Assembly (NCBI GenBank): GCA_000165425.1
Contig: CT868657.1
Coordinates: forward strand, 208,205-272,204
Source of the DNA: Paramecium tetraurelia
Taxonomy: Eukaryota
Reading direction: 5' to 3'
Length of the DNA: 64,000 nucleotides
Part shown: positions 1 through 12,513 of the stretch, piece after piece
Position numbering within the stretch: position 1 is the first letter of the stretch
Layout of the letters: each line of letters begins with the position of its first letter
Notes under the pieces: generated by a model
Seen by the model: the letters and a program-made list of their open reading frames with translations, nothing else
What the model was told of the DNA's origin: nothing
The model's database searches: none
Translations under genes and position numbers: made by a program

Positions 1-2
1 AA

Positions 3-482
3 TCCATAGAAATGCATCACTAAGATCACCCAGAAGCCATACCAGGAGACAATGTAGGTTTTAATGTCAAAGGTGTATCAGTAAAAGATTTATAAAGAGG
101 ATATGTTGCTTCTGATTCTAAAAATGATCCAGCAAAAGAATCTACTTCATTTAATGCTCAAGTGATAATAATCAATCATCCTGGTTAAATTTAAAATGGA
201 TATTGTCCAGTTTTAGATTGTCATACAGCTCATGTTGCATGTAAGTTCGATTAGATAATATCTAAAATTGATAAAAGATCAGCTAAAGTAATTGAAGAAA
301 ATCCTAAATTTATTAAATCTGGAGATTCTGCAATTGTTAAATTAATACCAACCAAACCAATTTGTGTTGAAGCCTTTTCTGAATATCCACCTCTTGGTAG
401 ATTTGCAGTAAGAGACATGAAACAAACTGTTGCAGTTGGAGTAATTAAATCTGTTGAAAAAAAAGAAAATAAAAAAAAATGA
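3..482 (+). CDS. EEF1A: Translation elongation factor EF-1alpha, C-terminal part (5' truncated by window)
   Basis: With TAA/TAG=Q it reads [30 protein letters not shown]...[25 protein letters not shown]...[25 protein letters not shown] at 480-482. Confidence 0.97.
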
Positions 483-1059
483 TATTATATATATATATAT
501 ATTAATTATAAATTTTAATTATTTAAACCACTTTTTTATACTCAATTATATATATTAAGGAGATAGAAAGAATCTTTATTGAATATTTATAATATTATAT
601 TAATTTTTGCTGTTCCCTTTGCATTTTTTAATTTCCCTAATTTACCATGATTATTATAGCAACTCTAACATACTTTAGAAAATATATCATTATTTTATAC
701 ATAATACACACTAAAATAACCATTAAATAAACTTTATCCCACTTTCCCCTAATTTATCCTTATTCAAATATTTTCACATATCTATTTCATCTATACCTAA
801 TAGAAGTTTTTGTGATTATATTCTTCAAATTCATGTAGTTTCTTTGTAAAATTACTTTTTATTTTAGTTCGTATTGCATTAAATGATAAGAGAATTATAT
901 GCTTATATTTAATGTAAGAGAAATAAAATTGAACCTAACAACATTAGTTATTGTTAAAGGAATATTTTTTGCATAATAAATTACTGATTGTAATTTATTA
1001 CTTCTTTTATAATGAGAGTTTAGTAATAAAAGAGATTTATTAAGTAATTAATTTTATTT

Positions 1060-1891
1060 ATGTCTGAATAAATGCTATTAAGGGCAGCCTTTGTTGACTT
1101 TTTAAAACAAATGCTTCCTTTAATTATTGATCCTTTACTTATTGTAAACAGCCATTTCAAAAACTTCACTCTACTACTTGAAGATTAGACAAAAACATCT
1201 CAATAGATTTTAGAATTTATAGAAAAACTTAAATTCTAACCCAAAACTGAAAATAAAGTTGCTCAATAAGCTATTATTACAGAACCAGTATCTAATCCCT
1301 AAGACCCAAAAGTATTAACAATCCCTTTAAACTAAGTTTAAGGGACAAGCTAAAATAGAGGATGTAAGTTTTTAAAAAAATCATATAGATCACAGAAGGT
1401 ATTTGAGTCATTAAACTGATATCTATTCAAGAATAAAAAAAGACAATTTGCAAGACAAATAGCCTATTCAAGAAGAAATCTAGCCAAAGCCAGCTGCTAT
1501 TGAAAAGATTTAAGTTTAATGTACTATTTTTGTTTTTATTTAAGAGCCTGGAAAATTCACTTGCTAATTCTAAAAGTTTCTCTAAATATAAGATAATGAT
1601 GGATTCTCTATAGTTTCTAAAGAATGTATTTTAGATGACTTAGAATTGGCGATGAAAGAATTTCGAAGAAATACAAAGACTTTGCTTTGTATGGCAGAAA
1701 GGAGCTCCGAAGTCAATACTAGTGAATCTACTGAAGTTGATAAGACCCTTAAACATAAGGATTACAACTTTAGTAAATACTTAGAGACAGCAGTGGAACA
1801 CCAGGAAAATAAAACAGCCGAAAATACTCTTAGAAGAGGGAATAATTTTAATATTCTTTAAAAATACAAGACAGTGATTAAAAATAATTGA
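1060..1891 (+). CDS. Hypothetical protein (about 2 short introns)
   Basis: ATG 1060 MSEQMLLRAAFVDFLKQ..., GT-AG mini-introns near 1364 and 1513, TGA 1889-1891; no recognised domain. Confidence 0.55.
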
Positions 1892-1987
1892 TCATCTACA
1901 ATTGTTTCAAAAATAATATAGATATATGATAAACATTTATATATTCTAATAAATAATCTATTTTCTCAGTTAATATTTTTTTTCAAA

Positions 1988-3917
1988 TCATGAAAATCTA
2001 TCATTCCTAACATATGGTTGATACCTAGATTAAATATATATTTTACATGGATTATTATTAGTTAAATGATGGAGGTGGTATGGTTTATTACTGGATATAT
2101 TGGGATATGGCTGGTTATTTCAAAGGCGATATTTATTCATTCTATTAAATGTATGGAGAAAATGATTGTGAAAAGGACGGTTATTTTTAAAATTGTGATT
2201 ATTACAATAATTAGGGTGGAGGTTATGCTTAATTTATTTGATTATATTAGTTAAATTGCGATTGGAATTGAGGATTTAATTACGAAGTTTGAAAATATTA
2301 ATTTAGTTAAGAGTTTCCTAAAGGTATAGTCTAAATTGGTTGAATATTGGATGGCATTCCAGGTTAAGGTAAAAATGAGTTATTTGTTTATGGTAGAATG
2401 GGAACATATGGATCAGTAGTTTAATACGGGTTGCATTTGGACATTACCTCTCTACTTTTTTGAAGAGCTCTTTATATGACAGGGTCCATATCTAAAAAGT
2501 TTGGTTGATACGGATTTTGAATATTTTAGTTTGAAATTCTATAGGTTTCAGTATCATCTTGATGAGTAAATGTAGTAGGAACTGTGGCAGCTTATTATTA
2601 TTAAACAGCCTCTCCTTTTAGAACTTGGAATCTTTCTTTTAGTTATCGAATTTTATCCAATCCACCTTATGAAGTGATATGAGTCTATTGATAATTGGAC
2701 TCATATTTTGATTGAGTAGTAATTTCGAAATCATAGTTGTTTTATTTGTTTACTTCAGCAACAGGAGCAGATTCTAAATTAGCTTAGAAATTAGATGTGA
2801 CCTATCTATTAAAGGAATCATTAATAAGGTTGTGTTACTCATAAAGAGATTGAGGCTAGCTTTCTATAATTTACTCTTATGAGAAATTATTCTAACTCTT
2901 AATACGCAATGTTGATTTAATAGCTTGATCTTGCATATTCAATGCATATAAATTTGGAGATATTCTATTGGAATCCACGTGAGATATTTTATCTAAGATT
3001 TCAAGATATGAAGGTCTATGATATGTGTTGAGTTATAATAAATCTTTTAATAAGTGTTTCATTGGATCAGAGTAATTGTACTTTTCAAATGTACTGTTCA
3101 GTTTTTAATTAGCTAGCTCAGAATTAAAAGTAAAATTATTATAGAATTTTTTCACATCCATATTAGTTATGCATACCAAGAAAATAACACCTAGTATAAA
3201 TACATTTTGTTTTTCAATAGAATATTCTTATTTATCCTTAAATTCTAGATAATGATAATTACATTTTAACGTTCATTTTCCAATACATACAATTGCTCAG
3301 GAGTAAGGTATTCAACTTCCCTCAATTGAGTAAAGACTTTTTGATAGGCACTTTATTGATTAGCTAAACAACATAATTCTAATAGCTTAACTTCACCATT
3401 TAGTTTGATTCTTATATTGTTTGGATGCAAGTCATGGTATTACAGATTATTTATTTATAGATCTTTCAAGCCAGAAAGAATGGTTTATGCCAAATACCAA
3501 AGTTCTCCCTCATTATAACTATTAAGAATAATTTATGATTTAATACGTTCTATCATTGGCTCTTCGATTTAAGATATCATCTTATAAGCTTTTTTCTAAA
3601 TATTCCAATCCAACATGCAAAAGATTTATATTGCTGCATAAATCCTCTGTTGTTTGCACCTAATAATCCAATATTTTTGTAAAGTATTGATTGTTTTATT
3701 ATTTTCTACATAACATCATTATATACCTCAATTGAATAATGTTAGCCCTTTTTTCCATATCTGATTGATCGTAAAATTTTATGAGTGCCATTTAATCGGT
3801 TCGTTTTGTTTTATTACTAAATAGTTGAATTTCTCCATATCCATCATCCTGTGCAATATTGAGAAAATTGTATTCGTTTAATAATTCAAAATTTTATTTT
3901 GAGCTGTTAGCTCCCAT
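1988..3917 (-). CDS. N-myristoylated protein kinase-like protein (probable pseudokinase) with long Q/P/N/Y-rich tail
   Basis: MGANSSK start; DDGYGEIQL, YHDLHPNNI catalytic-loop variant, VKLLELCC in place of DFG, YLTPE, HRPS; low-complexity C-terminus; TGA at 1988-1990. Confidence 0.8.
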
Positions 3918-4577
3918 TTATAAAATATTATTATAATTAATAAAACATTTTATTTGGATTTATTTCAATGAGAAAATATTATTTAGATAATAATTTTAGA
4001 CTAAAACTTTTTGTAGATTGTTCTTCAGCAAAATGACTGTCGATAGAAATTAAAAATATCTTAATATAATTATCTATATCTATATAATGCAACTTGATAC
4101 ATAAGGCTTCGAAATGAGATTATTATAACACAAGTAAGCCGAAAAGGAATGGTCATTTTACAAATTATCGTATACATGATTAAAACAAATAATTTGGATA
4201 TTCTATTAAATCTCAATTTTCATTTGAAAATAATTGTTTAACTCAAATTAATAAATAGTTGTTACGATCTACAGTTAATAATATAATATTACAATAGAGG
4301 GATATTTTTTATATTAGTTAATATAATTGAATATATATATAAAAATGATCAACTAGTAATTATAATTCTAAATTTACAAAAAAATGATTCACATGAATAA
4401 GTAATGTTGTTATTTTTTTGTGAACTAATTTTTTTAAAATGTTTTTATGTCAAAATAAATCATTATAGTTTTATTTGAGGTACTTGTGGATATTATGTAT
4501 TTCTACTTAAGATAATATGTTTTTTAACACTTTAAATCTTTGGTATAATATAAGTGTTAAAAAACATTATATTTAAA

Positions 4578-6543
4578 ATGATGGATCAATAAATTACAGT
4601 ATTTAATGTGTTCTTTGGAAAGGTGGATTTTATGAGAAGTTTTACGTTTTATAGAAAATTGAAACATGAAAAAAAAACAATGTTAGTGGCACTTTGGAGG
4701 AGAGTCTTTTTGGCAACCTACTTTATTGGAATCATGAGGTCATTTCAAAATAGAGTGAAAATTTTCGGGGCCATTAGATAGGATGATCATATGAATATGA
4801 TTGAAGATGAAGTTTTTAAATCAAACTAAGAGGAGAAGAAAACTTACATGTTTTATCCTGATGAGTAGTTTAAAACCTTCTGGAATTTGCTCTTAATATT
4901 TTTATTGTTAGCTACAGCTGTCATCACTCCATTCAAAGTTTGTTTTGTAATTATTTTAAAGTGAAAATAGATTGATTCAGGCAACGATGGGTTTTGGTTT
5001 TGGATTGATATAATATTTGATGTATTATTTTTCGCAGATATTGTAATAAATTTTCTAAGTGCATTTTTTGATGAAGAATATAGAATCATTGATGATTATT
5101 ATCTGATAGCAAAATAATATATAACAGGGTGGTTTGTAATTGATTTTATTGCAGTCTTACCAATCACATATTTTTTGGATGACAACACAGATGCTCCAGC
5201 CTTAAGATATAATAAATTATTAAGATTAATTAGGTTGCCAAGATTGTATCGTCTCGCTAGATTATTAAAAATATCAAAGACTAATCTCAATATTAAGAAT
5301 AAAACTCAAACAGCCAGGATCTTATCATATTTCGGAATAAATGAAGGAATAATCAAAGGTTTGATCTTGCTAGGGAAAATCTTACTAATAAATCACTTGG
5401 TTGCCTGCTTTTGGTACTTTGTAGCCAAATTTAATGATTTTGAAGGTGACACTTGGGTTGCTTAATCTAATTTGAAGGAAGCATCACTATATAACTAATA
5501 TATTGCCTCTTTTGAATGGAGCTTATAAACTTTAACTACAGTTGGTTATGGAGACATTAGGGCAACAACAACTGAAGAAAGGATATTTGCTATAATTTGG
5601 ATGATTTTTGGGACTGGTTTCTTCTCATACACATTAGGAAAGTTGTCTTCTATTTTGGAGAATGTTGACAAAAAATGGGTTGATTTTGAGAGGAGAATGC
5701 ATTTATTCAATGATTTTTCTGTTCGAGTCAAATTGCCATATGCATTAAAATGCAAAGTACATAAATATTATCGAAACAATTATTTAAAGAATGTTTATAC
5801 ATCATTAGATCCAAAAAAATTGATTCAAGAATTGCCATCCTAGTTACGTAATGAATTGTTGATGATTTGTTACAAATATTTGATAGAAAGTGTAACCTTA
5901 TTGAAGATAGATAATAATTTTACAGCTACAATTTTGTTGCATCTTAACTTTCTCGAAGTTCATCCTGGAGAGATTATATATAGAGAGGATGATCCACCAA
6001 CAGATATTTATTTCATAGAGAAAGGAAAAGTAAATTTTGTTACTCATGACAAATATACTTTAATAACATTATTAGAAGCTTCATTTTTTGGTGAGATTGA
6101 AGCTTTCGAAGATATCAACAGAGAATATTTTGCTATAGCTAAAGAACCTACCAATTTGTAACTTATATTTTATATTAAGATTCTTTTGTTCTTATGAAAA
6201 TTTTCGAAGTTTACTAAAGGAATTTCCATCAGTGGCATCGGAAGTTAAGTTAATATATGATAAAAGGAAATAAAAATACAAAACTTGTCTCTATATGATT
6301 GAATTGCAGAGGAAGAGAAACTCTAGCTCAGAATCTAAAGAAGTAAACTATCAACTATATTTTTATTAGGAATTATAAAATAGTACTTAGTATTATCTTG
6401 GCTTGATTGCACAATATGAAGAAGAACAAAATAGATTAAATTACAATAAAGGATTAATTTCAAAAAAAAGCAAGAGCGTTCTAGACCAATTTTCTTTCAA
6501 AAAGAAACAATAAAAAATGTCAGTATTTTAAACACTTAAGTGA
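4578..6543 (+). CDS. 6-TM K+ channel with cyclic-nucleotide-binding domain (KCNH/CNBD family)
   Basis: S4 LLRLIRLPRLYRLARLLK, pore TLTTVGYGD, C-linker, CNBD (GEIIYREDD...FFGEIE...RE); mini-introns; TGA 6541-6543. Confidence 0.93.
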
Positions 6544-7149
6544 AATAATATTAATTATTACCAATGAAGCAGTAAATTATATTTATAATCTATTTTTATT
6601 TGAGTAAACGATTCATTTAAATAATTTTCCATTTCAAAAGTAATATGTTTTGTTTTTTCATAATTAAAGCAAGAATTATCTGATATTTCATCAGTAAAAC
6701 AAAGAGTTTATTATTCAGGAAATGCTGAGTTAAAATTATTATTAATTTTTAGGTTAATAAATCTCTAATCTTATGAAACATTAAAATATCTAAGCCTTAT
6801 AATTGGCAGGCACTTTATGATAACTAATGATTAATTAAATATTTAAAGTTAGGATTATTCATTAACCCTGTTAATCGAATACGATTTTGATGAAATCAAA
6901 GCCCTAAAAACAATTCAAAATTAATCTATAAGGCTGGTTAATAATTTAAATATATATATTTATTATGAAGTTGAAAGTAGTCAATATATTTAGTATTCAT
7001 AATTTTTAATTGAAAAGCCTCATAGAATTAAAAATTAAAAAGTGATATTTGATATCACAGACACGCAGGAAGAGAATGAATTGAAAGAAGTTTAGATTAT
7101 AATACAATAGATATAGATTAATAAATTTTTATTTGTGCATTTTATTGCA

Positions 7150-9246
7150 ATGAAAGGACCTGTAATTATTATAAATCGTATTTTAGTTTCTATGGGGATT
7201 CGTGTACAAATCGCTATTCAATTTCAGAAGTAAGATGGTAATATTGATATATTAGAGCCTTCTTTTAAACTTATGCAAAATCCATTTAGTTTAAATAAGG
7301 ATGATTTAATTAAAAAGGCTATCAATATTCCAGATCAGTAGTTTGACTTCAAACCTTTTATCTAACCTGATGCATCATTCCTTGTGAATCAGTAAAATAT
7401 TTAAAACTTGCGTTTATTGCAAAAAGAATTCGCTTCAGATCCTCAAAATCCTGAGAAGGCATTCAAGTACATAAGGTAATTGAATCGTATGAAATTACAT
7501 GATGATGCACTTCGTATATTTAGGTAAACAGGTATGATTAGAATATTAACAGTAGATGACTTTCGTGAAAATGCTACTGAAAAATAACATCAATAATTAT
7601 AGGAACAATACGGTATTGCAGTAACCAATTTGAAGTCTAATTAATACAGTGACAAGCGTAGATCACTAATACTACCTGGAATGATCTAATTGTTGATAAC
7701 AGCAGGCATCCTTTATTAGATGGCTTATTTCTTTTAACCAAATCATTCAAAGTCGAAAAATGAAAAAAATTAAAAAGATGCTCCCGAACAAGGAGCTGGT
7801 AGAATGGATCGTTTTTATAACATTTTAAGAAGCAACTAAGCAGTTTAAGAGGAAAGAAACATTCCTACACGCTTTAATGATGTATTAGGAATAGATGAGT
7901 TCAAAGAAGAATTGGAAGAAATAGTGGAATTCTTAAAGAATCCAAAAAAGTATACTGATTCTGGGGCAAAGTTGCCAAAAGGCATTTTATTAGTAGGACC
8001 TCCAGGAACAGGTAAGACACTTTTGGCTAGAGCCTTGGCAGGAGAAGCGGGATGTGCATTCTTTTATAAATCAGGATCTGAATTTGATGAGATGTTTGTG
8101 GGTGTGGGGGCATCACGTGTGAGAGAAATATTTAAGACAGCAAGACAGAAGGCTCCATCAATAATTTTTATAGATGAAATAGATAGTATTGGAGGGAGAA
8201 GGAGAGCATAAGACCCAGGTTATTCGAGAGACACAATAAATTAAATATTGACAGAGATGGATGGATTTAAATAGAGTGAAAGTGTAATAGTGATTGGGGC
8301 AACCAATTTTGAATAGGTATGATGAGTATATTAATAATATAGGTTCTTGATCCAGCATTAAAACGACCAGGAAGATTTGATAAAATGATTCATGTGCCAT
8401 TGCCAGATGTGAAAGGTAGGGAATAGATATTTTCGTATTATTTGTAAAGGATTAAATACGATGTTTAAAAGGTATTGCCAACCAATTTGGCAAGATAGAC
8501 CAGTGGTTTCAGTGGTGCTGATATTTAAAATATGGTCAATGTAGCAATTTTGAATGCAATAAAATATGACAGGTAGATTGCAACGACTGAAGACTTTGAA
8601 TTTGCAATAGATAGAATTGCGATGGGAGTGGGTAGAAAGAATATGCATGTTGGTGATAAGGAGAAGTTGATGACTGCTTATCATGAAGGGGGACATGCCT
8701 TAACCAGTTTGTTGACTGAAGGAGCCATGCCTCTTCACAAAGTTACAATTCTTCCAAGGGGTGGAGCTTTGGGATTTGTATTAATGTTTATTTGACTTAG
8801 ACTTCAATGCTTCCGGAGAAGGATCAACTAAATTATACAAGAAAGGGAATCATTGCATCAATTGATGTGGCTATGGGTGGCAGAGCAGCAGAAGATCTGT
8901 TCTTGGGAAAAGATGATATCACAAGTGGATGCAGTAATGATTTGGCCAAAGCTACTGATCTTGCTTATATGTTTGTTAAATAATTAGGAATGGATGACAA
9001 GATATCTTTGATTTCAATTTAAAGTGATAGAGTGAAAACTAGTGATCAATTCGATTATATGGTTGACATGGAAGTTAAGAAAATATTGGAAGTATCATAA
9101 ATTTAACCATTTCATAGGAATCCTACAATAGAGTCAAAAGTTTGTTGAAAGTCAATGAGTCAAAACTAAAGGACTTGGCTACGGAATTAGTGAAGAGAGA
9201 GACACTCTCAGCTGAGGAGATCAGGAAGTTATTATAGATTAAATGA
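7150..9246 (+). CDS. YME1: FtsH-family AAA metalloprotease (mitochondrial i-AAA, YME1-like)
   Basis: GPPGTGKT Walker A, IIFIDEID Walker [23 protein letters not shown] Zn motif, single N-terminal TM; start approximate. Confidence 0.93.
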
Positions 9247-9311
9247 ATATAATTAACGTGATTTTACATTTATATGATGGTTTAGTAAAAAATAATAAAT
9301 TTATTTAAATT

Positions 9312-12300
9312 ATGGGTCAAGAAGGTGAAGCCATCACATCAACTGAAGGCACCTAGATCTAAGATTCATTGTATAGAGATGAAGAGAAGATGGAGGAATC
9401 TGCGAATGTGGCATATTTGCTAACTCTTGGCATCTTATTGGGTCTAGCCTTAAGGGAGTTCAATAAGAAAACCAAGTAATGCAGCAAACTTTAATATATA
9501 GATTTCCCTATTCTCCTATGGTCTTAGCTTGTGGATTGTTGATAGGTTTATTATAAAGCACTCTTGGGTATTTGGGAGAAAGTGCTAGTATCTTGAGTCA
9601 TATGCATCCACATTTAATTGTTTATATCTTTATTCCTGTTCTGCTTTTTGAATCGGCATTTAATTGCGATTGGTACGTATTCAAATACCAAATGGTCAAT
9701 ATCCTGCTATTGGCTGGCCCTGGAGTTGGTTGGGTATTTTTGAGTTAATTATTCTTAGGGAGCAATTCTTTTAGGAATTGTATTTAAAGTGTTCCTATTC
9801 TATAGCAATGAAGACATGAATTGGTATTAAGCATTCACTTTGGGTTCTGTGTTATCTGCAACAGATCCAGTAGCCGTTGTTGCTTTGTTAAAGGAATTAG
9901 GTGCAAGTGCAGCATTTAATCATTTGATTGAAGGAGAAGCATTATTAAATGATGGAGTAGCAATGGTGTTTTTTATTTTTTTCAATAAGCTTTCTAAAGC
10001 AGCTGCTGGAATAGGTGGTGGAGTTACCTTTGGAGGAGTGTTACTAAACTTCGTGAGGAATTCAATTGTTGGTCCTGTATTAGGAGTGGTGGTCGGATTC
10101 TTCGGAGCTTTGTGGGCAAGAAGAATAGTAGGAGATGATGTTGAGGTAGGTTGGTTGACATTCATATTCACATATCTGACATTCTATTGGGCTGAATTTT
10201 GTTTCTTTAAGACTAGTGGGTTATTGGCTGTTGTGTCTTTGGGTTTGTTTTGGAGTGCATTTGGTAAGACCAAAATAAGATCTGAGAGCGAACATGCAGT
10301 TCATACAGTTTGGAGTTTTGTTCAATATTTCTGTGATACAACTGTGTTTCTGTTGGTGGGTATGATAGTTGGCACAGAGGTGATTGAGGAGAGATACATT
10401 TATACATCTGATTACTTCAGAATGATTGTGTTTTATTTCTTTATGATCATATGCAGATACTTGATGGTTATTTCATTTTGGCCATTGTTGAAGAAATACG
10501 GATATCCAATGTCATAGCCAGAGTTGATAGTGTTTGTCTATGGAGGTCTGAGAGGAGCTTTGGGGTTAACACTTTCATTGATGGTTGGATGCGATGAAGA
10601 TCTTCCACCAAGATTTAGACATTTAGCTGTGTTCTTTACTGCTGGAATGGCTGCTCTGACTAATCTTGTTAATGGAACTACCTGCAAGGCTTTGGTGAAC
10701 TATTTAAACATGATAGAGAATCCAGTGATTAAAAAGAAAGTGTATAAACGATATTTGACTGACATGATTGTAGATCAAGAAGATACAATAAAGGAATTGG
10801 AAGGAGATGATCACTTTGCTATGGCTGATTGGAATCAAGTCAAATCACTTGTAGGATCACAATAGTTTTTATAGGAAGTAGTCTAATTGGAGAATGAAAT
10901 CAAATAAATTCAAGGTGGCAATCTCAGTAGAGTTTCTTATGAAGGAATGACAGACACTGACACCTTTGGAGAGGTTAGATACAGAGTGCTCAGAATTCTA
11001 AAGGGATTATATTACTCAAAATTTGAACATGGACAATGTGATGAAGATTCTGTTAGATTGCTTGTGGAATCAAGTGATGTTGCTCTTGATCACACTGGAT
11101 CAATTTTGAATATTTGGGAACAATTATTCCAAAGCTTCACTAGTTTTAGCAGTATCAAGTACTTTTTTAGAGCCAAGGAATGGACTTTCCTCGGTGGATA
11201 TGCTTAGTAATATATCACCAAGCATTTGGGATTCGTCTATGATGTAACAACAACATTCATATCATGTGCCAATGAAGTACTCACATTACAAGAACACATG
11301 CCTATGAATAAGAGTGCAGTTAGATTGATTATGGAAGAGATCAAAACAGAAATCAACAAAGCTGAACTCTATTTGGCCACTTTAAATGACACATTCCCAG
11401 AAGTCATCAGAGCCATATAAACAAAGAGAGCTTCACATACAGTTCTTATGCATCAAAGACACCATCTTGAAGAAAATTAGAAGAATGGACTTGTAGATGA
11501 TAAAGAATTCAATCAACTTAAAAGTAACATTGATGCTCGTCTTGTTTAACTTGAAAATCATGTCTTTGATTGGCAAATTCCAACTTTCCATTCCTTTGCT
11601 ATGGAATTCCCAGTTTTCGCTGGTGTCCCCAAGGAAGAATTAGATACCATCATTAAATCCACTTACGAGAAAAGATATCAATCTGATGAAATTATCTATG
11701 AGAAAGGTATGACCTGTCAAAATATCTACATCATCTAAAAAGGAAATGTCATAGATGAAGTTGGATCTCATCAATTGAAAAAGGGACTAGGATCATTATT
11801 ATCATATGCCAATCTGATTGGTGATGGTAAATGCATGACTACTGCCAAAGCAGCCTCTGAAACTGTGTTACATTCCTTAAACTTAAATGTACTTAAGTCT
11901 TTGATGTAAAAGTCAGAAGCCTTCGAGTAGAAGATCTATGTTAACTCTATTGGTAAATTATTTTTATATTAGTTTTTTAGAATATCTTATTAAATTATAT
12001 GAATCTCAAGCGGGACCGTTGGGTTAAATGGAATAAAAACGGTTAGGCACATTCCTTAGACAGAAGGCTCAATTCAGAAAGTTTGATGTGCATTCAAATG
12101 TCGAATTCATGTTTGGAGGTTACATTATAAAAGGAGAAATCTAAAGTTGCATCCAGGATGAGAATGAGGGAGTCGAACGATACAATGACTATTGGTAATG
12201 ATTTGGTGTAAGTTAGCTATGTACCACCTAGAGAGAATGATTTCAATGTTACAAAAGCACTCATCTGTTTGGTTTTCGATGATGCTATTGATATGATTAA

Positions 12301-12406
12301 ACAGGATAGATTGGAGTAATTTAACCTAGAGAATCATGAGGAGATTATAGATCAGAGATTCTCAAGGATAGATGTTCAATAGTAATATTAGTAATAGGAA
12401 TTATGA
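9312..12406 (+). CDS. CPA1 Na+/H+ exchanger, SOS1/NHX7-like, with degenerate C-terminal CNBD (copy 1)
   Basis: FIPVLLFESAF, LLLAGPG, LSATDPVAVVALLKELG, IEGEALLNDG, YGGLRGALGL; 4 mini-introns; TGA 12404-12406. Confidence 0.93.
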
Positions 12407-12513
12407 ATCCAATAAACAAACATATATATTTTAGAATTAAAATTGTTATTCATATTAAAAATTAATATATAGAACCAGAATATTGTTCTTTTCCAACATC
12501 ATATTATAATTAA

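Noticed and set aside
590..975. Possible small minus-strand gene
   Set aside because: No consistent frame or intron model and no recognisable motif
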